From positions 32,116,001 to 32,180,000 of the forward strand of contig CATNEN010000038.1 in the NCBI GenBank assembly GCA_950097015.1: a stretch of DNA of 64,000 bases, given 5' to 3'. The notes beneath the pieces were generated by a model. That model was not told the DNA's origin, did not search any database, and worked only from the letters and a program-made list of their open reading frames with translations. Shown in pieces: positions 35,801-50,800 of this stretch. The DNA is from Macrostomum hystrix. Its lineage: Eukaryota > Animalia > Platyhelminthes. Both the position numbers and the translations under genes were made by a program. Numbering within the stretch: position 1 is the stretch's first letter; each line of letters starts with the position of its first letter.

Positions 35801-38800
35801 TGGTATAAACTCTGCGACCTTCTGTGGGCTATGTACATTAGAGCGTGTGGTTTTGCGGATTGGATAGAATGAACATTCGTCACGTGATTCTTATGGTCTA
35901 CGTACATTGGACACGTGACTCGGATGGTCTACGTACTTGGGCACGTGACTCGGGTGGCCTACGTACATTGGGCACGTGACTCTTATGGTCTACGTACATT
36001 GGGCACGTGACTAGAATGCTGCTGTCTAGAATGTACACAAAACCCTTTTTACTAACCTCGATCCGAATTAAACTTGAGCTGAGCTCTGACAGTATTGTGC
36101 CCGCCCCAGAGTAGGCTGGCATTGACTGACAAAGTTTTTAGCTTTGTGTTGAGCACTATTTCGTTCTCATAGTACTCTTTGTTGCCCTGGAATTGAGAAA
36201 ATATTGAATATGCGTGTAGATGCGAATGTAGTTGTCAAAGCATATCGCTATATGTTTCTTGGTATAGTATAACAAACTTTCTTACAGATTTCATTTGAGC
36301 CACCGTGTCTTGGAGTTTTGTTCCCTTGCCAATGTTTTCGACCACTGATTCCATGAGCTAGAAGCAGTCAAGGTGTGATAATTATTCATGACTGTGCAGT
36401 ACATAGGTCAGAAATTTAATAGGACAGAGTATAAATGGGTCAGAGTGGGAATATATCAGAGTGAAAATAGGTCAAACTGGAAATGGGTCAGAGTGGAAAT
36501 GAGTCAGTTGAAAAGAGATTCAATACCACGGGATTCAGTTAGCAAGATCACTGTCCAAACCCACCGTAGGCGGATGCGAGCTCCTCTTGACGATGCAGCT
36601 CAGGCAGCTGACCATCTGGGTGAGGATTCTCGGTTCCACAACGATAGCCGCCAGCTGGGTGCAGAACTCCACGGCCGAAGCTGTCATCCTGTCAAAGATG
36701 TCCTTCTCCTTCAGGTAGTCTTTGTCCTCGTCGAGGCCGTAGAATCTCTGGGCGAAAGCTTGAAGGAATGGCAGCACAGCGTCGAATACGTAGTGCAGCG
36801 ACGAATGACCCCGGAAGTCGTCCTCGCGCATCTTCACGACGGCACTGGAGGTAGCGAATTGGAAGACAATCAAAAGGTGTGTGTCTAACAGGTGTATGTG
36901 AGTCCAACAGGTGTTATGTGTGTCTAACAGGTGTGTATTTGTGTCTAACAGGTGTATGTGAGTCTAACAGGTGTATTTGAGTCTAACAGGTGACTATACT
37001 GTCTAAAAGATGACTATAATGTCTAACAGGTGACTATACTGTCTAACAGGTGACTATACTGTCTAACAGGTGACTATACTGTCTAACAGGTGACCGGTGG
37101 CCTCACTTTTCCAGATTAAGCTTCAACGGTTTGGTCTCATCTTCGGCCACCAACGACGAGCAGAGCGGGCACGTGTCGTGCAGCCGCATTCTGAAAAAAA
37201 AACTTTTTTTATTTGGCGCCAATTCAAATTTGGAGGTAATTTAGATGCAAGCAATGTTATTACATCTTAGGAAACGGCCGCTCAGTCATAAAGTACACCA
37301 TGTCCTTCTGAGCGTCGTCTCGAATCCAATAGGCCAAGCCGAGCAATTCCCTGCTGATATTCTCAATCAGATCCCAGATGTGACTGAAATGTGTTAAGTT
37401 GCTCTTAGATTTAAGTGGAAACTTTTATCTATTTTTTGTTTATCCATCTCTTCCTACTCCTTCCCTCTGTCTCCCTGTCTCTTCATGCTTATCTTACTGT
37501 ACTTCGCTTTTTACCTTGCCTACTCATTGCTCCTCTCGACTCGTATCCACTCCCCATTGTCTCCCCTGCCCCACGTGTCCTCTCCTCTCGTGTCCTCTCC
37601 CCTCGTCTCCTCTCCCCTCGTGTCCTCTTCCCTTGTCTCCTCTCCCCTCGTGTCCTCTCCCCTCGTGTCCTCTCCCCTCGTCTCCTCTCCCCTCGTGTCC
37701 TCTCCCCTCGTGTCCTCTCCCCTCGTGTCCTCTTCCCTCGTGTCCTCTTCCCTCGTCTCCTCTCCCATCGTCTCCTCTCCCCTCGTGTCCTCTCCCCTCG
37801 TGTCCTCTTCCCTCGTGTCCTCTCCCCTCGTGTCCTCTCCCCTCGTGTCCTCTCCCCTCGTGTCCTCTTCCCTCGTCTCCTCTCCCCTCGTCTCCTCTCC
37901 CCTCGTGTCCTCTCCCCTCGTCTCCTCTCCCCTCGTCTCCTCTCCTCTCCTCTCGTGTCCTCTCCTCTCGTGTCCTCTCCTCTCGTGTCCTCTCCCCACG
38001 TCTCCCCTCGTCTCCTCTCCTCTCCTCTCCTCTCCTCAGCTCCCCCCTCGTGTCCTCTACACTCGTATCCCCTCCCCATTGTCTCCCCTGCCCACGTGTC
38101 CTCTCCCCTCGTCTCCTCTTCCCTCGTGTCCTCTCCCCTCGTCTCCTCTTCCCTCGTGTCCTCTCCCCTCGTCTCCTCTCCCCTCGTGTCCTATTCCCTC
38201 GTCTCCTCTCCCCTCGTGTCCTATTCCCTCGTCTCCTCTCCCCTCGTGTCCTATTCCCTCGTCTCCTCTCCACTCGTGTCCTCTCCCCTCGTCTCCCCTC
38301 CCCTCGTCTCCTCTCCCCTCGTGTCCTCTCCCCTCGTCTCCCCTCCCCATTGTCTCCCCTGCCCCACGTGTCCTCTCCCCTCGTGTCCTCTCCCCTCGTC
38401 TCCCCTCCCCATTGTCTCCCCTGCCCCACGTGTCCTCTCCCCTCGTGTCCTCTCCCCTCGTCTCCCCTCCCCTCGTCTCCTCTCCCCTCGTGTCCTCTCC
38501 CCTCGTCTCCCCTCCCCTCGTGTCCTATTCCCTCGTCTCCTCTCCCTCGTGTCCTGTCCCCCTAGCCTCCATCTCCTCTCTCCATGTCAGCAGTGGAGGC
38601 CAAGCAAGCGGCAGCCTGTGAGTGCAGCGGCTTGTGTCAGCACACGCTGATCGGTGCTGAGTTGCAGTTCAGGGGAGAGTTGCAGTTCGGTCAGTTGGTC
38701 GATGAGGCGGCCATTTTTGAGTCCACAGCTCAGACTCTTACCCGGTAATGCTGCAATGAAAATTAGATTTCTATTCATAGTTTTTTGTCCTAAGTAAATC

Positions 38801-41800
38801 GTATAGGACGATCGTCTGAGTAAAAAGTGCTTCATTTTTTGGGGAAAAATTTTAATAACTTTTTGTTTGAGTCAGTTAGTCGATTTTTACCCGTCGCACA
38901 GCACGGGGAATGACTAGACGCTCACCTGTCGTGCAGGATGTCCAGGGATCGAGTCTCGCCAGATCCGGCCACGCTTTTCATGTAGGCGTAGAAAAAATAG
39001 CGCAGAAAGGGTTTCTTCAGGTGATTCTCCACGTTGGGATCGTTCAGGATGCTCAGAATCTCGTCGGCGCTCAAAATTGTCTGGCAGAGCGACTCGATGT
39101 AGCGGTTCTCACCTTCGGCACAGGTGGCCAGTAGATCGATGAAGCTGATCAGATATTGACAGTGATCAACGCCTCTATTGCCGTTCAGAACTTCCATTCT
39201 GTGGATTTTAGGGAACTTGATGGTCACGTATGTAGAATCTTGTCTAACATCTTGGGGATTTGAGATCGTGCCTAACATCTTGGGGATTTGAGATCGTGTC
39301 TAACATCTTGGGGATTTGAGATCGTGTCTAACATCTTGGGGATTTGAGATCGTGTCTAACATCTTAGGGTTTCAGATCGTGTCTAACATCTTGGGGATTT
39401 GAGATCGTGTCTAACATCTTGGGGATTTCAGATCGTGTCTAACATCTTGGGGATTTGAGATCGTGTCTAACATCTTAGGGTTTCAGATCGTGTCTAGCAT
39501 CTTGGGGATTTGAGATCGTGTCTAACATCTTAGGGTTTCAGATCATGTCTAACATCTTTGATCGTGTCTAACATCTTTGATCGTGTCTAACATCTTGGGG
39601 ATTTGAAATCGTGTCTAACATCTTAGGATTTCAGATCGTGTCTAACATCTTGGGGATTCAGATCGTGTCTAACATCTTGGGGATTTGAAATCGTGTCTAA
39701 CATCTTAGGATTTCAGATCGTGTCTAACATCCTGGGGATTCAGATCGTGTCTAACATCTTGGGGATTTCAGATCGTGTCTAACATCTTGGGGATTTAAGA
39801 TCATGTCTAACATCTTAGGGATTTGAGATGGTGTCTAACATCTTAGGGATTTGAGATGGTGTCTAACATCTTAGGGTTTCAGATCGTGTCTAGCATCTTT
39901 GATCGTGTCTAACATCTTGGGGATTTGAGATCGTGTCTAACATCTTCCCCTTGGGGATTTGAGATCGTGTTTAACATCTTGATCGTCTAACATCTTGGGG
40001 ATTTGAGATCGTGTCTAACATCTTGGGGATTTCAGATCGTGTCTAACATATTGGGGATTTGAGATCGTGTCTAACATCTCAGGGTTTCAGATCGTGTCTA
40101 GCATCTTGGGGATTTGAGATCGTGTCTAACATCTTAGGGTTTCAGATCATGTCTAACATCTTTGATCGTGTCTAACATCTTAGGGTTTCAGATCGTGTCT
40201 AGCATCTTGGGGATTTGAGATCGTGTCTAACATCTTAGGGTTTCAGATCATGTCTAACATCTTTGATCGTGTCTAACATCTTTGATCGTGTCTAACATCT
40301 TGGGGATTTGAAATCGTGTCTAACATCTTAGGATTTCAGATCGTGTCTAACATCTTGGGGATTCAGATCGTGTCTAACATCTTGGGGATTTGAGATCGTG
40401 TCTAACATCTTGGGGATTTAAGATCATGTCTAACATCTTAGGGATTTGAGATGGTGTCTAACATCTTAGGGATTTGAGATGGCGTCTAACATCTCAGGGT
40501 TTCAAATCGTGTCTAACATCTTGGGGATTTGAGAACGTGTCTAACATCTTGATCGTGTCTAACATCTTGATCGTGTCTAACATCTTGATCGTGTCTAACA
40601 TCTTGATCGTGTCTAACATCTTGATCGTGTCTAACATCTTGATCGTGTCTAACATCTTGATCGTGTCTAACATCTTGATCGTGTCTAACGTCTTGATCGT
40701 GTCTAACATCTTGATCGTGTCTAACGTCTTGATCGTGTCTAACATCTTGATCGTGTCTAACATCTTGATCGTGTCTAACGTCTTGATCGTGTCTAACATC
40801 TTGATCGTGTCTAACGTCTTGATTGTGTCTAACATCTTGATCGTGTCTAACATCTTGATCGTGTCTAACGTCTTGATCGTGTCTAACGTCTTGATCGTGT
40901 CTAACATCTTGATCGTGTCTAACGTCTTGATCGTGTCTAACATCTTGATCGTGTCTAACGTCTTGATCGTGTCTAACATCTTGATCGTGTCTAACATCTA
41001 GCGGATCAGGGACATTTTCAAACATCTTGGGATCAGCGATTTTGTCTAACCACTCACGTATCTTGAGGATCTGGGACTTTCTCAACATTTTTAGAATCTG
41101 GTATCTTGTACAAAAATTTGAGGATCTGGGATTCTGTCAGGGATCTTGTCAAACATAGTGAGAATCTGGGATGGCGTCCATGAGGATTTCGGATCTTGTA
41201 AAAATGTAGAATTCCCCAAATCCCCACCTGTCCTTGGCGCTGCACTGCTCAAGGATGTATGCCACCCGGCTGTAGTTCTGCATGATGTACTTCATCACCA
41301 GGGTCTGGTTGCGCTTCAATGCCAAACCGGTCCCCTCCACTTTGACAATCGCCGACAGAAGCTCCAAGAACTCCGGCGCCCGCTCCTGACACTCGGCAAC
41401 CAGGTAGACAATCTTCAGTATCTGCTTTGGCAGCACCTTCAGGCAGAGCTCCTGATTGTTGGCGAATACTTCCTTGAGAGCTAGAGCCAGTTCCGGCTCA
41501 ACCATGCGCACTTTGAGCAGGTTGTCCAGGTTGTTAAACACCTGAGTTTGTACATCGTCGTATCTCAGGGTGAGGGCTCTGAGTAGTTTCACAGCCTTGC
41601 GCAGGACGCTGGCAATTTCGGCAGAGTTTTCCGAGAATTTGGCATCCGTCTCCGTGGCCAGGATGTCAAAGACCACCTGCAGGACGTCTGGGGATAATAT
41701 TTATTGGGAATTATTTCTTTTGATTAGAAATTCCATTTGTTGCGTGAACTATTTCGGATTCGTCTAATGTAATCCTTATAAAGAGATTCAAATACTTTAT

Positions 41801-44800
41801 CCATTAAAATCCTCAAGGGATTAAAATCCTCAAGGGATTAAAATCCTCGAAGGATTAAAATCCTCAAGGGATTAAAATCCTCAAGGGATTAAAATCCTCA
41901 AGGGATTAAAATCCTCAAGGGATTAAAATCCTCAAGGGATTAAAATCCTCAAGGGATTAAAATCCTCAAGGGATTAAAATCCTCAAGGGATTAAAATCCT
42001 CAAGGGATTAAAATCCTCAAGGATTATTATCCTAATGGAATTGATAAAAATCCTTAAGAGATAAAAATCCCTAGCTGTTTGAAATCCTCAGGGGATTAAC
42101 AGACTCACTATGGCTGATCATGAGCCGTTGGTTCATGGGGTGCGGCTCTTCCTCGGCTTTGGGGAGGTGGCACAGTTCGCAGAGCTCGCCTAGAACTGTC
42201 TGCATCTTGAGCGCCTGATCGGCCGTCCACTTGCTGCGAGTCATCATCCTGAGCAGTGGCACCTGTTTGCTGAGCTCCCGGTGCACTCGGCACGAGTCCG
42301 GTGTGACCAGAACCAGAGAGTTAATGGCCTGCTGGAACATTGTGCTTTTTGAAGAATAGATCTTGTTGAGTAGCTGCAGGGACAGTTGGACCATTTGGTC
42401 GTATTCGTAGTTGGCGAGGTCCTGAATTGAGTTTGGATGGCGCGAACTGATTTAGGCGTGTTAGGAACTGATGAGGCTCTCGACGTGTGCACTATTCGGG
42501 AATCACAATGTATTCTGAGTAGGATATTCAAAAATTTGGATAAAAGGCTCTCGACGTGTACTGATTTTGTTTAAGTTTCGAGAATTATAACTAGATTTTT
42601 ATTAAAAGAGGCTCCTGATGTGCATACTTAAAAACTATCTAACACGATTATATCTGATCAGATTCAGAAGAAAATTTAAAATAGAAACCCCAGAGCGTTA
42701 AAATTAAAATACGAGATAGTTTTAAGAAAAGCTCGTATATATGTCATGAGATTTTGAGGCTTTACAAGTTTTGCGAATTTGCGAATAATCTAAAACAATT
42801 CTCGATCTCTTGAAAAGGCTCTCAACGTAACAACGAGCCTATTTAAAAAGTCATTCTATCATTCTATCGCCAAACTCACAATCAGAATTGCAGTGAGGCT
42901 CTCAACGTAACAACGAGCCTATTTAAAAAGTCATTCTATTATTCTATCGCCAAACTCACAATCAGAATTGCAGTGAGGCTCTCAACGTAACAACGAGCCT
43001 ATTTAAAAAGTCATTCTATCATTCTATCGCCAAACTCACAATCAGAATTGCAGTGAGGCTCTCAACGTCAAGGAAGCGCGAGGATTCGTCGAACATGGCG
43101 CGCAACTCCTTCTTGATGGTGTTCTGCTTACTTTTGGAACTTCTGAAATAGGAGAAATCGCTTTCACGTGGTTTTTTATCTTCTCAAATGGCTAATTAGA
43201 TAAAAATCAGTTTGAAGCAGGCCTTATGCTCACTTTTTCGTGTCAAATGCGTCAAAAGTCTCGTACAGGGCTGGCACCATTGGCCTGATGTGCTTCTTTT
43301 TTACTGCAGACTCGCTCAATTGGCATTCTTTGAACTTGGACACGAACGACTAAAATATTGTAATTTCAGAATATAAATTTAATTTAGGCTAAGCCTGTTG
43401 TCCAAGCTAAAGTTGGAGGTCTAGCGACCAATCAAAAGAGCGCAGGGTCACGACCAATCAAAAGAGCGCAGGGTAACGACCAATCAAAAGAGCGCATGGT
43501 AACGACCAATCAAAAGAGCGCAGGGCAACGACCAATCAAAAGAGCGCAGGGTAACTACCAATCAAAAGATCAAAATGATAGAGTCTATCATCCACTCACG
43601 GCCAGCCTGGCATTTTCCTGGAAAGTCATGACGAGATCCAGAACTCGCAGAGCGGCGTGCTTGGCATTGACAATGGCCAAAGTTTCTGGGCTACGCTTAA
43701 ATCTCTCGTGATGCTTGAAGCGCTGAACAATCTTCTTACTGTCCTTTGAGTATTCTGTGTGGGGGTGTTAGCGACTCAATCATGCAGACTAGATGACTAG
43801 ATGTGATTTTTGATTTAAACATAAATAAAGCAACCTAGCCAAGAACGTTTTAAAGGAAATTTTCACTTGAAAATAGCCTATTTCATGATATTTCCACTAT
43901 ACGAGTAAGATAATATATTTCAGTTGAAGTCACTAAAAGAGAGTATCTTTCAGGAGAAAATTCGGCTATACGAAAAATTCTACTAGAAGAGAACCTATTT
44001 CAGGAAAATTCCACCAGATGAGAACCTATTTCAGGAAAATTCCACTGGAAGAGAACCTATTTCAGGAAAATTCCACTAGAAGAGAACCTATTTCAGGAAA
44101 ATTCCACCAGATGAGAACCTATTTCAGGAAAATTCGACTAGAAGAGAACCTATTTCAGGAAAATTCCACTAGAAGAGAACCTATTTCAGGAAAATTCCAC
44201 CAGATAAGAACCTATTTCAGGAAAATTCCACTGGAAGAGAACCTATTTCAGGAAAATTCCACCAGATGAGAACCTATTTCAGGAAAATTCCACTAGAAGA
44301 GAACCTATTTCAGGAAAATTCCACTAGAGAACCTATTTCAGGAAAATTCCACTAGATGAGAACCTATTTCAGGAAAATTCCACCAGATAAGAACCTATTT
44401 CAGGAAAATTCCACCAGATGAGAGAACCTATTTCAGGAAAATTCCACTAGAAGAGAACCTATTTCAGGAAAATTCCACCAGATGAGAACCTATTTCAGGA
44501 AAATTCCACTAGAAGAGAACCTATTTCAGGAAAATTCCACCAGATGAGAGAACCTATTTCAGGAAAATTCCACTAGAAGAGAACCTATTTCAGGAAAATT
44601 CCACCAGATGAGAACCTATTTCAGGAAAATTCCACTAGATGAGAAGCTTCTTTAGAAAATCAAGCAGCGCTACCTCTGCCAATCTTGTCAGGCAGGAAGG
44701 GCACATCGTGCTCTCCATTGAGCAGATTCCTGAGCGGCGGCAGCAGCTGCGCCAGTTCGTCGACGCCTCCGTAGTAACCAAATTTGACCAGAAAATGCAA

Positions 44801-47800
44801 CAGGCTGAGCACCTTTTCAATTAGCAGATTGTTGGACATTTGTGACGCCACCATGAATCGATTCTGATCGAGAAACTGCGCGATCCAGTCACGAATGACC
44901 GGAAATATTGTGATCAGATCTTTGGCGGCCTGGAAATGTGAGAATGATTTTTTGTTTGCTTTTCCTAATCTTCTTGTGGCGAACCATTTTTTTAATAATT
45001 TGTATTGAAACTTCTTTTTAGAATCCCCAATTAGGGATCACAACAAAAATTTAGAATCCTCAATTAGCGGTTCACAACAAATATTTAGAATCCTCAATTA
45101 GGGATCACAACAAATATTTATAATCCTCAATCTGTAGGGTCACGAATAAAATGTAGAATCCCCAGTTAGGGATCACAACTAATATTTAGAATCCTCAATT
45201 AGCGGATCACAACAAATATTTAGAATCCTCAATTTGGGGGGTCACAACTAATATTTAGAATCCTCAATTAGGGGATCACAACAAAAATTTAGAATCCTCA
45301 ATTAGTGGATCACAACAAAAATTTAGAATCCTCAATTAGCGGTTCACAACAAAAATTTAGAATCCTCAATTAGCGGTTCACAACAAATATTTAGAATCCT
45401 CAATTTGTAGGGTCACGAATAAAATTTAGAATCCCCAATTAGGGATCACAACTAATATTTAGAATCCTTAATTAGCGATCACAACTAATATTTAGAATCC
45501 TCAATTAGCGATCACAACTAATATTTAGAATCCTCAATTAGGGGATCACAACAAATATTTAAATAGAATCCTCAATTAGGGGATCACAACAAATATTTAG
45601 AATCCTAAATTGGAGGGGTCACAACTAAAATTTAGAATCCCCAATTAGGGATCACAACAAATATTTAGAATCCTCAATTTGGGGATCACAACTAATATTT
45701 AGAATTATCAATTAGGGGATCACAACTAATATTTAGAATCCTCAATTAGGGATCACAACTAATATTTAGAATCCTCAATTAGGGATCACAACTAATATTT
45801 AGAATCCTCAATTTGTAGGGTCACGAATAAAATGTAGAATCCCCAATTAGGGATCACAACTCATATTTTGAATCCTCAATCAGGGCATTATCAAACCTTC
45901 CATAAATTATCTCTATGATGGGATCGAAATTTCGAACTTCAAATCATCATGTCAAGTATTTAATCTCTGATGGACTGGCCCCACTGGCTACTCAAAAGTA
46001 CTCAGACTTGAAAAAAAGCGTGTAAGGCATCTTAAAGTGTTCTCTCACATAGTGATCAGGTGCGGTGCTGCTACCGCCCGAGTCTTTGGTGCCAACATAT
46101 TCGTAGATAAATGACAGCTGGGGACTCTCAACCACCGAGTAGTTGTGCCCGACGTTCACGAACAGGCCTGGAGAGTTTTGGAAAAATGTATCCAAAGACG
46201 TCTTTGACTTATAAATAAACACTATTTATTTTTTTATTTACCGATGATTATTTCGCAATATTTCGCGCGGAAATCCTGAGGCAGACTCCCGGAGGAAAGC
46301 CCGAGGAAGGCTTCCTCCCATGTGAGATAGGACAGGTCTTTTGTGATCAGCCGGATGCACTCTTCGTTGCGGCCCTGAGCATTAAAAGTTTTGTTATTGA
46401 CGTGAAATGTTCAAGTGACACTAAAATTTTTTGGTAGTGACTGCCAGCGGAGTGAAACAGCGGTCCCTAGTGGAGTGAGGTGGCGGTCAAAAGCGGAGTG
46501 AGGTGGCGGTCCAAAGCGAAGTGCTTAAGTGGTCCTAAGCAGAGCGATGGGGCATTCCCAAACGGAGTGAGGTGTTGGTCCCTGCGGAGTGAGGTGGCGG
46601 TCCCAAGCGGAGTGAGGTGTTGGTCCCAAGCAGGGCGAGGGGGCATTCCCAAACGGAGTGAGGTGTTGGTCCCAAGCGGAGTGAGGTGGCGGTCCCAAGC
46701 GGAGTGAGGTGGCGGTGCAAAATGGAGTAATGGAGTAATGCTGTGGTTTGACGGACCATTAATCGTTTTAGATATTTTTGAAGGCCTTACGTGACAAAGG
46801 GCGATGAAGAGGTCCAGCTGGGTTCTCAGGAAGAGGCAGCGCTCAACGCTTTCCTGATCGTTCTCATCCGGCTGCACAAAGTCCACCAATGGGCACCAGG
46901 TCTTCATCTGGTCCGTGCTGACGTAGGTCTCATTGGGCTTTCGATCAATGTTCTGACCCCGCTCAGTCAGGTAGATGCCGTGCTGTGCGATGGGTTATAA
47001 TGTTAGATTAAAAATTATGGAACTATGTTTTCCCTGGATAAAGCTTTAGGGAGTGTTTAGGAAGTCTAAGAGTGACAGAAAGTTTAACTCAATTTTGCTC
47101 ACCGTATCCTCTAGAAGCCACTTCTGAGCAATGTAACTCTGATTATCCGTAATGGCAACACCGTTGCACACACATAGAACCTTCAGCAGTTCCATATAGC
47201 TATAGTGCTGCAGTAGTTTTACGTGCAATTAACGTAATTAATTTTTTATTTATCATGTAACAAATAAAAATGAACGTTTAAATTCCTAGACCTCCAGAAA
47301 ACCACCTCACTCCTCGACTCCCTAGCCAACCACCTCACTCCTCTACCCCTTGCCGACCACCTCACTCCTCTACCCCCTAGCCAACAACCCCACTCCTCGA
47401 CCCCCTAGCCGACTACCTCACTCCTCTACCCCTAGCCGACCACCTCACTCCTCTACCCCCTAGCAAACCACCTCCCTCTTAACCCTTCAGCCAGCCACCT
47501 CACTCCTTAACCATTCAATCGAGCTGTCCAAAATGAACCATTAATATCCCAAAAGTTAATCTGAATAGTTTACCTCATTCTTTCTCAAAAGCTTAACAAA
47601 GTCGTCAATCTGTTCTTTGCTGATCCGATCAACAATTTTTCGATTGTCCTTCATCAGTTCAACCAGCATTTTAGTAACCTTCAGCGCCAGATCAGACTGA
47701 AATGTGTTATTTCAATATTTTCTTGTTGCTCTACTAACAGTAGATAGAGCAAAATTTGTTCTCTGCTTCTATCATTTTCTCTACAGCAACAGGGGCCAAA

Positions 47801-50800
47801 CTCAGTCCAACGTGTACCTTAGCTATGCACTAAGCGTTGATAACAACAAAAAATATGGGAATATGGGAATATGTGTTTTTCATCCAACATCCATGCATTC
47901 CACTCAAGCGGAAAGTTTCATCTTATATTTTTCCGCCAGTTAACACCAAAGGTCGCGAGGGCCTTCAGTTTGGTTCTCTCCTCCACCCTATCTTATCTTT
48001 CTGTTCCGTTATCTACCAAGTGCACATAGCAGTGGCATTCACTTTACACTACATGTACTTTTGGTTCTTTATCTTTGACCGAACGTTAAATATAATGACA
48101 TATAATATAATACGGAGAGCTTAATTGTCTGATTTTTTCTTATCAATATTGGAAATTTGTTTAAACAAGCAGCAAGCTAACCTACTATGCGCAGATACTT
48201 AAATAGATGCAAACTATTTGTATTGCTTCATTTTAATTCAAAATCTTTCTTGGTACTCGCGGGAATTGATCGATGTCTCCGCAATGACCCAACTGAATCT
48301 GCTCTCAGTTATCCTTCGCTCGATACAGCGGATACGCACTAGTTGGTTTGGGGACACATTTTTTTCTACAAACCTAAAAGTGAACCTTTAAGACATATAT
48401 TTTGTGGTATACATTATGTATTATCCTCCAAAAAGCCTCCAAAAAAAACTAATTACATTTAGACCGATAGACTTAAAACTTATAAGGAAATGCTATCGAA
48501 ATAAACAAGTTTGCTATTTTAAACAAAGTTAATGTCCGTCTGTCTGTCTGTCATTAACGTGTCTTTAATTTTTTACATCTCCTCAATGTCTGTCTGTCTG
48601 TCCTCAATGTCTGTCTGTCTGTCCTCAATGTCTGTCTGTCTGTCCTCAATGTCTGTCTGTCTGTCCTCAGTGTCTGTCTGTCTGTCCTCAATGTCTGTCT
48701 GTCTGTCCTCAATGTCTGTCTGTCTGCCTGTCCTCAGTGTCTGCCTGTTTGTCCTCAATGTCTGTCTGTCTGTCCTCAGTGTCTGTCTCTCTGCCCTCAA
48801 TGTCTGTCTGTCCTCAATGTCTGTCTGTCCTCAATGTCTTCCTGTGTAACCATTTGTGTAGAGATTAATCGAGAAGTCCTAGAACATAAATTACCTTGTC
48901 AACCATTTGAGTTTGGAAAAACTCGATGTACTTGGCGAAGTACAGGGCATTCTTGCGACTACTGCCCAGCATGTAGGTGTGCAGAATGTCGTAGGAATCT
49001 GAAAAAACCCGACCAAAATGATGCTCGTCTAGTGGGCCTGTCAGCGGTATCTTCAGCAGCATCACCAGCAGGTCGATCACCTAAGAATATTTTATTTTGG
49101 GATTCAATCTGTGTTTTGAATTGATTGATTTTAGTCAAGCTAATAATGATTTTTTTCTCGTACCTGTTAGGCAATGAGAAAACCTGTTAGACAATGAGAA
49201 AACCTGTTAGACAATGAGAGAACCTGTTAGACAATGAGAGAACCTGTTAGACAATGAGAAAACCTGTTAGGCAATTCGAGAACCTGTTAGACAATGAGAA
49301 AACCTGTTAGACAATGAAAAAACCTGTTAGACAATGAGAGAACCTGTTAGACAATGAGAAAACCTGTTAGACAATGAAAAAACCTGTTAGACAATGAGAG
49401 AACCTGTTAGACAATGAGAAAACCTGTTAGACAATGAGAAAACCTGTTAGACAATGAGAGAACCTGTTAGACAATGAGAAAACCTGTTAGACAATGAGAA
49501 AACCTGTTAGACAATGAGAGAACCTGTTAGACAATGAGAGAACCTGTTAGACAATGAGAGAACCTGTTAGACAATGAGAAAACCTGTTAGACAATGAGAG
49601 AACCTGTTAGACAATGAGAAAACCTGTTAGACAATGAGAGAACCTGTTAGACAATGAGAGAACCTGTTAGACAATGAGAAAACCTGTTAGACAATGAAAA
49701 AACCTGTTAGACAATGAGAGAACCTGTTAGACAATGAGAAAACCTGTTAGACAATGAGAAAACCTGTTAGACAATGAGAGAACCTGTTAGACAATGAGAG
49801 AACCTGTTAGACAATGAGAGAACCTATTAGACAATGAGAAAACCTGTTAGACAATGAGAGAACCTGTTAGGCAATCATAGTTTTTATTATCAGTCAGGCA
49901 ATCACGAATCCTATCAGTCAATCCTGAAATTCACTAAAGAATCCCAAAACTCACTCGCAGATTGCGCAATAATTTCTGCCGCGCCTTGCACGGCTCGCCG
50001 CTTGCGTCCAGCATGAAGTTACGCAATTCCCTCAATGCCTGGCAGATTTTGTACGTGTCCTTGCAGGCGATGGCGCTGCCGCTGCGGCGCTAGTGGTGAG
50101 AATAAAACATATGTGCTTCATCTCTACTGTGCTCATGCACAACTGTGCTCAATCTCTACTGTGCTAAAACACAACTGTGCTCAATCTCTACTGTGCTAAA
50201 ACACAACTGTGCTCAATCTCTACTGCACTCAATCTCTACTGCGCTCAATCTCTACTGCGCTCAATCTCTACTGCGCTCAATCTCTACTGTCCTCATGCAC
50301 AACTGTGCTCAATCTCTACTGTACTCAATCTCTACTGCGCTCAATCTCTACTGCGCTCAATCTCTACTGCGCTCAATCTCTACTGTGCTCATGCACAACT
50401 GTGCTCAATCTCTACTGTACTCAATCTCTACTGCGCTCAATCTCTACTGCGCTCAATCTCTACTGTGCTAAAACACAACTGTGCTCAATCTCTACTGTGC
50501 TAAAACACAACTGTGCTCAATCTCTACTGTGCTAAAACACAACTGTGCTCAATCTCTACTGTGCTAAAGCACAACTGTGCTCAATCTCTACTGTGCTAAA
50601 ACACAACTGTGCTCAATCTCTACTGTGCTAAAACACAACTGTGCTCAATCTCACCACTCACCATTGCTATTAACTCCTGTAGGAAGGGCACCATTCCAGC
50701 AACAAAGTTGAAATCGACAACTTGTGCTGGGGCCACTTTTTTGATTGTGTACGCGTCGTCATAGCGACGGTCGGAGCAGCAGGTAACCTGGGAATTTTAA

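Noticed and set aside
37399-38650. Pro/Ser-rich and Arg/Gly/Glu-rich ORFs in six frames
   Set aside because: A 15-bp intronic minisatellite that is open in all frames.
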